Positions 9,735-30,143 of a stretch of 34,408 nucleotides of DNA are shown in pieces. Made by a program: the position numbers and the translations under genes. The notes under the pieces were generated by a model. It was not told the DNA's origin. It saw only the letters and a list, made by a program, of their open reading frames with translations, and did no database searches. The number at the start of each line of letters is the position of its first letter. The stretch's first letter is position 1. Source of the stretch: Sphaeroforma arctica JP610 (lineage: Eukaryota); the NCBI RefSeq assembly GCF_001186125.1, contig NW_014040344.1, positions 6,236-40,643 of the forward strand, read 5' to 3'.

Positions 9735-11487
9735 ATTGCTAGACGGCAATGTAACTCTTCTTGTACCGATATTCGTATGTAAACGCTCGAAAGTAGTTAA
9801 AAGTAGTCAGATATAGTTGAATGTGATCAAATATATCTCAGCTTAAGGGCACTCGCGAATTAGAAAGCGTCCCATACAGGCCAGAAATTCTGTGAATTGT
9901 ACGGTGTTTGGGCAAGTGATGTAGTTATATACAGTGGGTGTTACACGTTTGTACATGTGTCTCATATGTGTATATATATATATCCTATAGCCCTGTGGTC
10001 CGTGGATCGACAGATGCAGGGTATCCATCAACAGTACATGTAAGATGCGAATCACTACACTACACACAAATCACAATGTATATTTATATCTATTTACTTA
10101 TTTCCTTTGCATACATATGTACTCAGTACTGCCATGACCCTCTACTACTACAGAGAGAGAGAAGAAAGCTAAGATAACATTGGTACTGCTACTACTGCAC
10201 CAATTTTTATTATTTAATTTTTTGGTTTGATTTCTGAAATTATTTTTTATCATTCTTGGTCCGGCCCGGCATCTACGACATACGAGTCTACCACCCAACG
10301 ACTACGGGTCCGGGAACAAAATATACAAATTAAAATTTTTCTGGAATTTTGGCGGGAGATGTATGCACTCGGACTTGCTGACGCTCTCTCTCTCTCTCTC
10401 TAGAGAGAGTAGTCGCAGAGAGAGCCAGGCAAATGACATAGAGAGCTGAGTGATGACTGTCTGACACAAAACATATATAAATAGTATGCGAATCATGTCT
10501 GTTGGACGGTTTGCAAATCTTCTACAATAACCATTCGAGCACATCATAGTGATAGAAGAGAATTGATTTATACACAGTAGTGAATAACTCAACATACTCT
10601 GTCCATATTCAAGAACTATATATACGCACAAGTTTATTCAAGTGTGTATACGCATGAGTCCATTCAAGTGGCTTCTCCAGAGTGGAACGCGTCACCAAGC
10701 TACTGCATAAAATATTCGTGAAGTTTGCACTGTGCTTTACTTTTTCTGAGCAATGCAGATATCGCTAACAGAACACCACATATAGTGAATAGACTATTTG
10801 CAATACTAGTCGCACCCGTTGAAAGTCGAATGGCGACGTGCTTGTACGAATGCCGCCAGCGTGGCATACTGACAGGTGCTCTGTGTGGAGGCTTTGCCAA
10901 CAAGAAGACTTGTATCCAACACGATACTCTTGTCTCCAAAGCAGATCGACCTTCCGGCCATACTCGCGGTTGCATCCCCCCAGATGTACATATGCGGCTC
11001 ATGTCTTGTATACCATTCGCTTATATCTCTATGGGCAATATGCAAATCGTTATCTCTACCGGGGCCGAGTACAATTCTTCTCACGTGGCCGTGGACATAT
11101 GTGAGCCATTAGCGTGACTGCATTGGCAGGTGCTCTGTTGTGCGTATTCATAGCCTCATGTAGTGCACTCAGGCATCCAATGCTCGGTTGCCAGACGGTA
11201 CATCATCCCTGAGAATACAATATACCAGGTATCCTCGTCAGCAGTGCAGAGGCAAGGCCGGGTTCTACCTGTCTGCATATCCCATACCGAGATACACCGT
11301 TTTATGACATAGCTGGCCCGTAAAGCACGTGATCTGAAAACGAATACTTTGCGCAGGGCTATCTCCTTCACACTACCGTAAAGAGCACATCTGTCGCGAT
11401 ATGCATAGCTAATACTTGGGACAATTGCGCCGTGGGACTTTGCACGGGCACAGTGATGTTTTGGCTCGCCTGCAAGGCTTGGGAAGA

Positions 11488-14400
11488 CTACATTGCGTTG
11501 AAGTTGAAGAGATGATCCGTTCTCCGTTTCTCCTGCTCGTCTTCCCACTGTTAAAAATATATAAAAGGGGTAGGGACCATTGATCAGTCAGGAATATCTG
11601 TATGCTCTTCACGCAGTACTAGTCTATCACATACGTCTATGCGCTGTAGAGAAGTCGGTGACCACCAGGGATCAGGCGTGTGTCCCGAGATAAAGTGATA
11701 GATGAGAGTGATTCACAGAAGCCTACAAGTGTACCAAGCAAGCGAAGACTCCTTAAATACCAATTCCGTATCCCGCAGATATGCATATATACAGAAAGGA
11801 AGTACGAGTGCGAACACGAACAGATAGTAAGATATCACGAATGTATGTGTATGCATGGTTATTACACAAACGCACATGTATACATGTATATAACACAAAT
11901 ACACACTTTTATTCAGACATATGCCGTTTTGTTGTAGATGTATACGCCCACCACAGACAATTGTTGGGCACCATCACCCACGGCATTTTGCTTAACAGTA
12001 CGGTATTGCAGTACTTCAGATATATCGGCATGAGCTCCTCTACGTACCTTTTCCCGAAAATGCAGCAGAAGATACAATATCGTTAGCACGCAGCACCCCA
12101 CCACTAACGATAGACTGACCCATAAGACCACGTTATTTGGGACCAGGAAGAGCTTCATAGTCCAGCTGTGGAGGTAAGAGTAGGATGTCAACAACTAATT
12201 ATAGTACCAATTCGCTCAACAACCCCTTTCGAAAGTGAAGGTTGAAGTCAGTTAGCAACATATCTAGTTGGCATGGCTAATCAATATGTAGGTGGCATGC
12301 ATATGATTCTGTGCGAGCAGCCTAACATCGATGGATGTGCAGAGCGTGAACTCCGTGCGTTGCAGTACGATGACTAAAAGCCACAATCTACTGTATCAAA
12401 GAGTGAATGCAGACACACGCACACCAGCGGACACTTGATAGAAACAATAAAATGTGAGTTCTTGGAGTAGGTCTAAAAATAGATCACTCCATGACGCAAA
12501 CATACTCCACGGGTTGATCGGGTTGGTAAGGTGCAATCACCAGTTGAGAGTTCGGAAGCACTGCATTCCAAGTTTGGCTATTGATGACCCCGTTGCCCGT
12601 ATATGCAATGGCCGTGGTCAGGTCATCGATGTAGTTGGTGGTACGCCCTAGACCTATCACACTATAGCCTGTGTGGTAGAGGGAGGCGAAAGAAATGCAA
12701 TGCAATTGGTAAAGGAACTGCAGGGTGGACAGAACATCGAACGAAGCGGGATACCACAAGAACACCTTTGCAGCACATAAAAAAGCACACGGCCCTGATT
12801 ATACATAGATATATCTACATACGCAAAAGAGAGGTTACCCTTGTCACATTCACAAGCATGGAGGCATCGAAATACTCCCCAGAGCTTCGAATCCACACAG
12901 ATCATTGAATTCTGACACGTGCACGCAAATGCACAATTCCCCATCCACGGCGAGGTACTCTTAGACGTACACAATTGCAGATAATACTAAAATAAAATGG
13001 AGCTATACCCCGGAGTGTGCTTGTGGATGAACATAGACGCTGCAGTCAACCAAGACGTAAACTTAGACATATATGCACCCACCGGCACGGGCAGACTCAA
13101 ACATAGACATACATGGACGCAAACCACATAAATATATTCGGCACTAGGACATAACAAAATCAGGTTGAAGGGCCAGTTCGACAATCAGTTGGGCCACCGG
13201 CACTCAACCACTAATTCCCCAACGTAGTTTGACAAGAGTCCGCCCTCTGGCACAATATTTTCCTATTGCGTGATACACCACACAATAGGACTTGTACGAG
13301 CCTACCTTTGATGCTCACCCCGTAGACTTATACACACACCTGTCTGTAGCGATTGATAGCATGTCAGAGACTGCTGTGCGGCTATACGTGTCTGGTCTTG
13401 TCCGTAGATGTCAACGAACTGCAACCCAACAGCCGCCCCTATAGTGTTCACACCGTAGGGTAACGGGTCAGCGTTCATGTCAACTCCGTTTAACACGGTC
13501 ACCTGTGAGAAAAGTGCGGAGAGAGAATGTATATGATGTGAATTGTTCCGTTCGAACCTTCACGTAAAATATGCACATACGTTTAGACACAGAGGATACA
13601 AGCTTGCTTTCAAACTACGCGACATGTCCGCGCTCAGCCGTAGGTAGTTGGGCTTATCACGATCACAGTGGGACAATGACTGGGTGCTGGTTTCAACTGA
13701 TATAAACTTGCAATGCCACGTGACACAGAATCAACCAGTGCATCAAACACTGCACCACAGCTCGTGGTCTGGAACATACACGAACCTGCAAGAAGTGAAC
13801 CACAACCGTAAGCCAAACTGAGCTTTAGTAGTCACGGCAAACCTTAGCCTGTGAATAGGCAATACCACACCCACGCAGTTTGACAAGAAAAGGTTACCCA
13901 GCTTCCCAATGTCCTCATATTCACATACAACACACCCAATCACTTAAATAAAGCTCAAAAACGTGAAGTGGACTACGCCTTAGAAGTGGACTATGCCTTA
14001 GTGCGCATATCACAAGACGTAAGCACTTGAAACAACCCACCCAGCCTGACGGCAAACACACCGCCCCCCGTTGATCAGTTTAATGTATGTATCCGAGGTG
14101 AGTCGTTGCCAGTAACCTTGAACGCAATCACAAATGCCAAGAAGACGCGAATTGTGGACCAATCTTTGCTTCACCATGCGTATTGAAGATGTCACCTTGT
14201 ATAATACTTACAGACATAACGAGCAACATATTGCTGACGGCCGTCGGTGCAGTATCTGTACGAAAAGTCTCTCCTGAACCAGATATAACACACCCACCCA
14301 ACGGACCAAATGTAAAAAATCGGTATCAAAGCCCATCCGACGCATAAAAACAGTACCACTCAACCACCGAAACAAATGCTTCAGCAAACGTGATATAAGT

Positions 14401-17400
14401 GGTTTCGAGGACAAATTGGCGATACAACTCACCTTGACGAAGAACGCATCATTGACCAGACTTTGCTTTAGAATCCGTGGTATGACTGTCCCTGTGGTGC
14501 TCTGCGCAATCACCACCAGGTCCAAAATGATGTTCTCCTCATAGTCAAAGAATGCCCCAACAATGGGATCAGTAACATCACTCACGACAGGCTCGATCAC
14601 CTGGTGAACATGAATTTATAATATATTAGGGATCTTCTCAGAATGTATAATTGCATAGAATTAATGCACAATAGGCAATGGAAGGCCAGCGAGAGGATCA
14701 GTCTGGGGAGGGCGTGGTTGATAGTACGTATCCGCAGTTCAAACCGGTTACCACGACATATTGTTTCGCTGAGTGACCTAATTAAATAACGAACTTTAAA
14801 GTTTAGAAAGCTTTTTAACCCGGCAACATTCCTTGCCACACCTAGACATATATAAAGCAACCCTATATAGTAAGCTACCTTAAAAATCAAGGCAATCAAA
14901 CACAACATACCATGGTAGTTTCTTCAAGAGAATGTGCAGATAAAAACTAATTCTGACGACAGTTGTACCAAATTCAAGAAGAATGCGCCGATATTCGATG
15001 TTGATACTACTATATTTCACCTTTCCGCGTACAACCTCACGTATAAATAGTCATTCTGATACGTCAAAAAACTCCTAAAAAAGCACAATGGGAGAAGCTA
15101 CACCAGAAGCACTCCATGACAAAATCCCACCAGAGAATGCCACTAGACACCATCAACACAAGCGCGGTATCATACCGGCAGAAATCCTCGTCGATCGCAA
15201 ACATTCATCGTGTTTTGATTGATGCCAGGTATATCCTCACAGTCTTGGTTCATGAAAAGCACCAATGATTTCTTCCCGGACGCCGAGACTATGGCTACCC
15301 CCACCGCATCGGGAAATCCATCGAAGTCGAGACAACCTGCCCAAAAACCGGAATTCAGACATGTAATATAGGCGAGCATTAAAACGCTGCATATGTATGT
15401 CGACAGCACCATAGCTTTCTCCATGCCCTCTTGGGTCCGTGGTTCTGTACTAGACGACACAAGACTATACAAAGCGACGTATAGCAGAGGCAAAAGTAGC
15501 TCAGACCGACAGGGAGGCAAACAAGTGTGACAACCAGTGCGCAATAATATCGGATTCAACACTCCTGGCGTGCCCTGTGCTTGGCCACCCGGTGCATTGA
15601 CAGCGCTAGGCCGACCCTTTGTCGAGAAGACCAGAGGACGACTACATCCACGAACACCACGGCGTCTACTGTATAGCATCAGCAGAGCAACCAGAGCAAA
15701 GTGTATCTGGGTTGGAGACAAAAAGGTCAGGAACACCCCAAACAATGCATTCATTTACCTGTGCGGAGCGCAATCGGCGGCGAATTGGTATCTCCAGGTT
15801 TATACGGAACGAAGTTAACGTCAGCCAGCACCTGCAGAGTGTAGCGTTTGCCGAAGCCCCAGTTAGACGCCGCCTGGCACCTGGAGTCTCGATCGATGGT
15901 GGCTGAGTATGTGAGTCAAGAAGACAATGCGTAAGTTTGAAACCAGTGTATGAGTGTGAAGCCTAGACGCACAGGCTACGACCACGGATGTGGGTTCTCC
16001 ACCAGCTAAGTGACGCAGATTCCCACTTTCGAATCTGCCTGCTGCGTCAAACAATATGGAGTCAAATTCCGATAGTGCCGTTATGTGGGAGCTATATTAG
16101 TATGTACGAGGCATAATGAAGGCTAATAAGACAAACCATCACGCAAAACCATAGAAGAAGAAAATAGTGATTAACAGCTCTTCCTGAATTATGATATTTC
16201 GAAGTACCGATCCACATGAGTTGCTGTGGCCAGTACAATACGTCTCATAATAACAGCTTTGTGAGGTCCGAGTAGATCCTGGTAGTGGGCCATGCCATAA
16301 CATATATCTGTGTCAAGGATGAAGCCTATGTTGATCGTGAGACTACACGCAAACTACTGTTACGTCTCATTAATTCTCTAGTTTAGCTAGGCGCTTGAGT
16401 GCGCACCTTGGCGCGACGAATTCAACCCATCGCGAGCGATAGAGCGCTGGAGATGCAAGCAAAGCTCCACTGCAACAGCTCGACAAGAGATGTATCTCGT
16501 CCATATACTGAACATAGAGTTAATACCACTTAGATATATTGAGCCAAATAACATCTCAGGGGGTACGACCACCGCCCAAGTGTAAAGAAACACATACCGG
16601 AGTTGTACAGGATAAGGACCTGTGAAGTAGTGCAGACGCTGTCGGAAACAGTGCACACCGGTACTACTATGTCCATGGCTCCATCCGAATCTAATGGGTA
16701 CAGTGAGAATCGCCGCGGAAGAAAGAAAACGACACATGAGGAGTAGAAGTGCAAACCTCGTCTCAATTTCGACGTGAGCAAAAGTCCGAGCATAATGCAC
16801 ACGGAAACTGTGAAGCCATGTTTATAGCGGCACACACACACCTATGTCGTCGAAGGAGAGCTGCCCTAGATTGGTGTACAAAACACCCACCGGCAACTTG
16901 AGCAGCGTCCGCGTTGCGCTGCTTATTCCTTCCCCTGGGATATTGAGCCAGAACTCGATTCCCTCCTTAGTGGTTACTACAAGATCTGTTGAGCATTGAG
17001 CGGAGCACAGACTAATAAGGGGCAGACTGATAATGAATTGGCGAAATAAGATTGCATACCGGATAATAGTATGTGGTGGGGTCGTCAGAGTACTCGTAAT
17101 GAAAACCAACGATGCTTTGTCGCTTGCGCAAACATGTCTAATATGTGAAGCTACAACTGATAGAATGGTTTGGTTGTATATGGTGTCCCACAACTGCCTG
17201 TATTTATACACATATGTATGTAGTACATCATACACACAGATAAATAGACAGAACCTATTAACATGATGTCAAAATAATATATGATGTGTATAGTGTTAAC
17301 CTAGAAGAACACACCCACAGGTGCAGAGAACCAATATTCAACAAAACAGCGGCAGTGGATATACTTCACCGGCTTGCATGCAAAAATAGCCATACATACC

Positions 17401-20400
17401 TGCCAGACAGTCACCGTTCAAATCCACGAAGGCATTGGAGTGTGGGACACTAATGGCAGGCAGAGCTTCTGTTGTGGTGGCATTGACTTCCGATTGCGAT
17501 GAGAAAACATACGTAGGCTCGCTGACCAGTGAATCCGGATCCGACGACTTATACAGCAAGACTCCACGGCCATTGGTGGGAGACTGATATACAGCACAGC
17601 GATAGCATATGAAATGCCGTGCGGGTGAAAGATGTGTGGGTATCGTATCTGTAATGCCCGCACACGTGTGTTTAGAGCTATGTGTGCCATTATAAAACCC
17701 GATGTGGGTATGGCTTCAGAGGTGTAATTTCGGGTGTGGTTGTGAGCTGGAATGGCTGAGTGGGTCTGGGCACGAATGTGAATATGGGCAGATATGCCTC
17801 ACTAAACAAGCGCAAAGGTGTGGTTGTTGGCTGGAGTGATTGAGTAGATACGGATAACTGTGTAGTAGTCGGTAGGTATGGTAGAGTGGACTGGGCAAGA
17901 ATGTGGATATAGGTAGATATACGTGACTTAAAAAGTGCGAAGGTGTGGTTGTTGGCTGGAGTGATTGAGTAGATACGGATAACTGTGTAGTAGTCGGTAG
18001 GTATGGTTGAGTGGACTGGGCAAGAATATGAATATGGGCAGATATGCCTGACTAAACATGCGCGAAGGTGTGGTTGTTGGCTGGAGTGGTTGAGCGGATA
18101 CAGATAACTGTGTAGTAATCGGCAGGTATAGTTGAGAGGACTGGGCAAGAATGTGGATATGGGCAGATATGCCTGACTAAAAGAGTGCGAAGGTGTGGTT
18201 GTTGGCTGGAGTGATTGAGTAGATACGGATAACTGTGTAGTAGTCGGTAGGTATGGTTGAGTGGACTGGGCAAGAATGTGAATATAGGCAGATATGCCTG
18301 ACTAAACATGTGCGAAGGTGTGGTTGTTGGCTGGAGTGGTTGAGTGGATACAGATAACTGTGTAGTAGTCGGCAGGTATAGTTGAGTGGACTGAGGTAAG
18401 GTGTCGAATTGGATGTGGGACTGGTGGTATAAGTGGGTGTCTCGGACTTCGATACCGCAGGCGTTGAGTTGTGTGTGAGATATGGTGGAAAATTTTGCCT
18501 TGTAAGTATATAGAGGCATGGCTAAGATGTGCTACATTTCTTAAAACCGTACATATATCATGAGACTTTTATAAAAATACATTTCACTGATAACCCGGTA
18601 CTTGAAATGGGAAACGCAATGCACAACAAGAAATCGATGCAAGACGTAAATTTTGAGCACATATATTTACGAACTGCAAAAGGTACTAACCCTGAATAGC
18701 CTTGAGGGTAGGGTGTCGCACATACAGCTACAAGCATACGTTGATTTTGACGTCGATACACTGCAATGCGCACACCTCATCACGTTGTGATACTGTACAA
18801 TACAGGGCCGAGTCTTACTTCAGTACACAGGTTTGCACCTAGGATGTTTGCCAACTAAATGACGCTGCACTATCAATTGCTTTGAACTGCTGCAAGCCAT
18901 ACGCAACGAGCATTCGAAGAAACACTCTCATCAAAGTCATGTATCACTCCAGCATTCATAGTCCTTGACCAGTGATGCCTGGCGGATAGAGGCTTTTTAC
19001 CTGCACAAGAAAATCGTTGAAACCATCTCCGTTGTAATCCAGCACAGCAGGCTGGCCGCTGATGTCTGTGCCGTTTGTGTCGACGACGGATGAGTTGCTG
19101 AACCCATTGGCATCTGCACTACCCAGACACAGCCATATCGCAGTGGTATCTGCCTCGGTGTATGTGACCACTACATCCAATCGACCTACATGGTACGATG
19201 TGGTTGATACGTGCGAGCGACATTGCTTTAGTGGTGGGCATATCTGGTCATAGTGTTAGTATGTTGAATGGATATCTGACAACGATTGTGTGTGCCGCGG
19301 TGTGCAGATGAAGGCGTCATATCGCACTCTCGATTATGGTACGACCCAAGACAGCACGTACGGACAGATAACGGGTCTTGGTTTGAGCTGTATCTCCTAC
19401 TATCGAATGCTTGCGTATCCGAATCGAGTAGATGCACCCTCCTTCGTAATGGACTACGGATCCAATCCGTCTAAATTGCCTGGCGAATACGACTGTCTTT
19501 ATACATTGATCTGATTAAATCAACGGCAGTCGAGCATATACTCACAAGCAAATGGTGTGTACGTCCCTGCTAGATTTGTCAAGAAAGGTCTCTCAACGTA
19601 TACGTACATACAACGCAAAGAATTCGTCCGCCAAACACATCTTTATAACAAGTTACCTGCACACTAATACTAAAACGGCTGCCCTCATTGTGATAGAAGC
19701 TGATACAGGCCAGATGTGCAAATAGCTCCTTTGACACACAATTATATCTAATTTAGGACTAGTTTATGACATAGAGCGCACACCGACAAAATCCCATCCA
19801 ATAAGACATCTGTGTTCAAAAAAATTGTATAACAATTTATCCGATGTAGCAAAATACACGCCACTAGAAACGAAAGCTGAAGCCTATAGTAAATACACAG
19901 GGATATACGAAACAATGGGCTCACAGGTTTCATCAAGGTGAATTATTCAGATTGTGCAACTACATTGATTAGAAGGCATACCATCGTTGTTCATATCCGT
20001 AGCCACGACATTATGTATGATGGGAGTTGCACTACCCCCTGATCCGGCAACGGTGCAATTGATGGTTTCCGAAACCTCAAAGGTCTCGCCTGAATCACCA
20101 TCAGAAAAAGCAACAGAAACTACGTTCCCGTTCACGAAGAACAGATCCGTGTGTCTATCGGCATTCAAATCTCCGAATGCAACGGTTATGCCTATACAAA
20201 TGAAAAATAATTGCCAGTTATGCAATCGAGTGACAAAGACACTTTCACGGCTCGGCATGAAAATAATATATATATTTAAAATATATATATNNNNNNNNNN
20301 NNNNNNNNNNTACCAACGACGGGATGATGTTGATATATATCCAAGCGATGCCAAAGGAATACAACTATCTAGCATCGATCATTTGCATTTCAATCAAGAA

Positions 20401-20780
20401 CCCTTGCCCAGTACCAAAACAGGTTCCCAAAGGAGAAAATATACATGCAAATATACTGAGCAGACGAGCACTATCTCTAAATGAGGCGCCTGTTATAGCT
20501 GGACAGACCGACATTCGATAGTGGACTACATGACTGATAGCCAGATGCACAAAGATATGCAATCATATAGAATTGAAACGGTTGATGTAAGCCTTCATAC
20601 ATTAAAGTGTAATCTTTGACTTACCATATGTATTTCTACTAAAACTGCGTGAGATATTAATAACATACCCTCGACATCGGAAAGACCGGCCGTAGCTGTG
20701 CTATCTTCCCATGAGGAACTGCCCAGCGCTATAGGCAGCAGCCCACACAGAGGTATACACAGTAACGTCCCTACGCGCAT
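11488..20780 (-). CDS. ITFG1: ITFG1/LINKIN (T-cell immunomodulatory protein TIP) orthologue, FG-GAP-repeat type I membrane protein, about 640 aa, 14 exons
   Basis: Exons traced by hand with phase-compatible GT-AG junctions: 20780-20669, 20191-19982, 19185-19001, 17583-17400, 16985-16842, 16690-16598, 16446-16407, 15880-15759, 15336-15176, 14600-14433, 13502-13340, 12668-12506, 12165-12048, 11547-11488 (1923 nt). Motifs: signal peptide, AFGDLNADRHTDLF, PHSNAFVDLNGDCLADL, GAFFDYEENIILDLVV, DAFFVKVTVLNG, GLGRTTNYIDDL, LPNSQLVIAPY, a TM helix and the tail EKWEDEQEKRRTDHLFNFNAM* (human ends HRFHFDAM). Confidence 0.95.
17757..18393. repeat. 125-bp tandem minisatellite, about 5.1 copies, in ITFG1 intron 3
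   Basis: aaggtgtggttgttggctggagtg recurs at 17815, 17940, 18065, 18190 and 18315, an exact 125-nt period. Confidence 0.97.
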
Positions 20781-22425
20781 TTTATTGAAAACGAACATGT
20801 ATAGACGCTACTTTTTTAATACATGCGCAAAATAAATATATTCACTCAGCTATGATGCTCGGAGACATATTTCTCCATGTATTTATTTCGGCGTAAATTA
20901 TCTATTAAATAGGGAGTCATATAATATGTGTAAATATGAAAGCAAAAGTTGAGAGCGTGATATCCATTGGTCGATGCCTCGGAATACTTTTGATTGCTTA
21001 TATTTACGACGACCCTCTTTCTCTCTACTCTAAAGACTCTCTAGTAGAGAGAGCGAGAGAAATCTCCCCACAGGGGGTTTTGTGTGAAACACAACTCCTA
21101 TTCCCACAAGAAATGAAGAGGAGGAGGCTGTGTTTCAGAAAACAAGCGACAGACTTACAGTCCCAGAGGGACGTCGTATAATGCAGTATTTCTATATTTA
21201 TATAAAATCTAGGACCGCAGCTCATGTAGTGCAACTCGCAATACGATTCCACCCGATAGCCCTCTAGAGAGATCACTCGCAGCAAGAAACGAGCTCAAAT
21301 ATCAAGTGCAATTTGTTCACCAATTTTTATATTAGTTGCGAAGCTATCGAAAACTTTATGTAAAGGGAAGCTTGCGGTAAGCCTGGCACGGGTACTTCGA
21401 CCCCGTATGACATGAACACCCGTGGACATCTATACCTAACAGAAAGTGTCTATACGAAATTGCCTACATTACTATCTGTAATCGGGTCAGCGCTGACAAA
21501 AACTGCACACCATATGTACATGTTTGGGACAGAAGGTCTAATGGCAGAGTACACCAAAAGAAGATACCATACACATAAACATTGGCAGTGGTATCTCACT
21601 CACGCAGATAAAAGGTTGCTGTCTAGTTCTGACCATCTCTCTAGCTTGGGCGTATCAACAGCTGTTTCAACTGATATAGCGATCATCCAAAGGAGAATGA
21701 CGAGGGCACTCTATAAGCACGAGTAAACCACATGTATATTGAAGTGATAGGCGAGAATATAGGAACCGCTTTCGATACTCAACCCAAACATAGAGAACAA
21801 TTCTGCCGTGCTGCGTGTATCTTGTCAGTCTATTATTTTGTACAGATTCTCAAATAGTGCAGGTATTGAACGTTTCCTGGTCTCGTTTGAAAATGACGAA
21901 ATACAGCGAACAGTGAACGTAAACTTCAATTGTTCATGTCTGGGCTATAAAGTCCAAGGTACTAAAGTACTTTTATAGGCCAGTAGTATGGTATTCGTTG
22001 GCGAGTTCTATAACATACAACTAACAACCACAGCGGCACAGCCTCGCGTGAGTTTGGCAATCTCTGAATCCATATACCCCACAGCCTTCACAGCAAACTT
22101 GGACACTGAAGACTTCGACCAGCGTCAGGATGACATATTTATATTATTATTAGCGGCAAAATAAACTGAATACAATTTTGAAATTGCATGCCCCCGGTGA
22201 CTTTAAAATTTTGCATGATGATAAATGTAGTGTAATTATTACCCACAAAATATTGATTGAAATACATACGGTGTTCTTCACAACACAGGAGGTGTAAAAA
22301 CCATATATCAGCGCATATATACGAGTACACAACTACGCATACAGACAAGTGTGTAGAGACAGGTCAGCTTGATACATATGGAAAGCACATATTCGCTTCC
22401 ATCGGCACAGTATTCTTAACACACA

Positions 22426-29516
<7,091 letters not shown>

Positions 29517-30143
29517 TCTACAACCACACAGAGCCAGAGACCATACTGTCAAAACAACCGACAGCCGTCACTAAGACTCGTAGAAAGCGTGCAATAAAGC
29601 GACCTTCCGCATATTGCAATACAATGGACTGTAGTCGTCGATTTTTATAGATCAACAAATGCTCATTTGTTACCGGTATAGATGGAATCCCAACTACTGA
29701 AAGCAGTGGTCTATCAATTTAGACACATCATTGCCATGTTGTCGGATGAGACGAGCGTTGTGAGCTCGGTCAGTGAAGCCGAGCTCAATCAGTAGATCCA
29801 TAGCTTGCAGATCCGAGTAGTTCAGGAAAGCATCCTATATTTAACGAGTCAAATCAGTTCGAATTTAGTCACTTTATTCCAACGATAATCGATATTCCTC
29901 CTGCAAACATAGAAGTAAGACTATTGACGCCCGGATAAACTGTTTGTATGCTATCGGCGTGTCTTACACCTTAAACCCGTATCCAACATATTCAATGAAC
30001 AACCCGTAGTCGAGCCAAGCCAGGAACCCAGACATGCACACGGTAGAATTAAGTAACATCTGTGATCAGTCCCTCACTAAGCCTTGGATTGCACACACGT
30101 ACAGATGCTTAACACGCTGAATGTCATGTCAAGCATACTGCAT

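Noticed and set aside
10700..11480. Several overlapping 80-130-aa ORFs downstream of ITFG1
   Set aside because: No recognisable domain or consistent splice structure; probably 3' UTR or intergenic.
17690..18519. ORFs and CRISPR-like periodicity in the 125-bp array
   Set aside because: Units are contiguous with no unique spacers, no cas genes are present, and the peptide repeats shift frame each unit.
21384..21410. TTCGA-containing hairpin resembling a tRNA T-arm
   Set aside because: No acceptor stem, D-arm or anticodon arm can be built.
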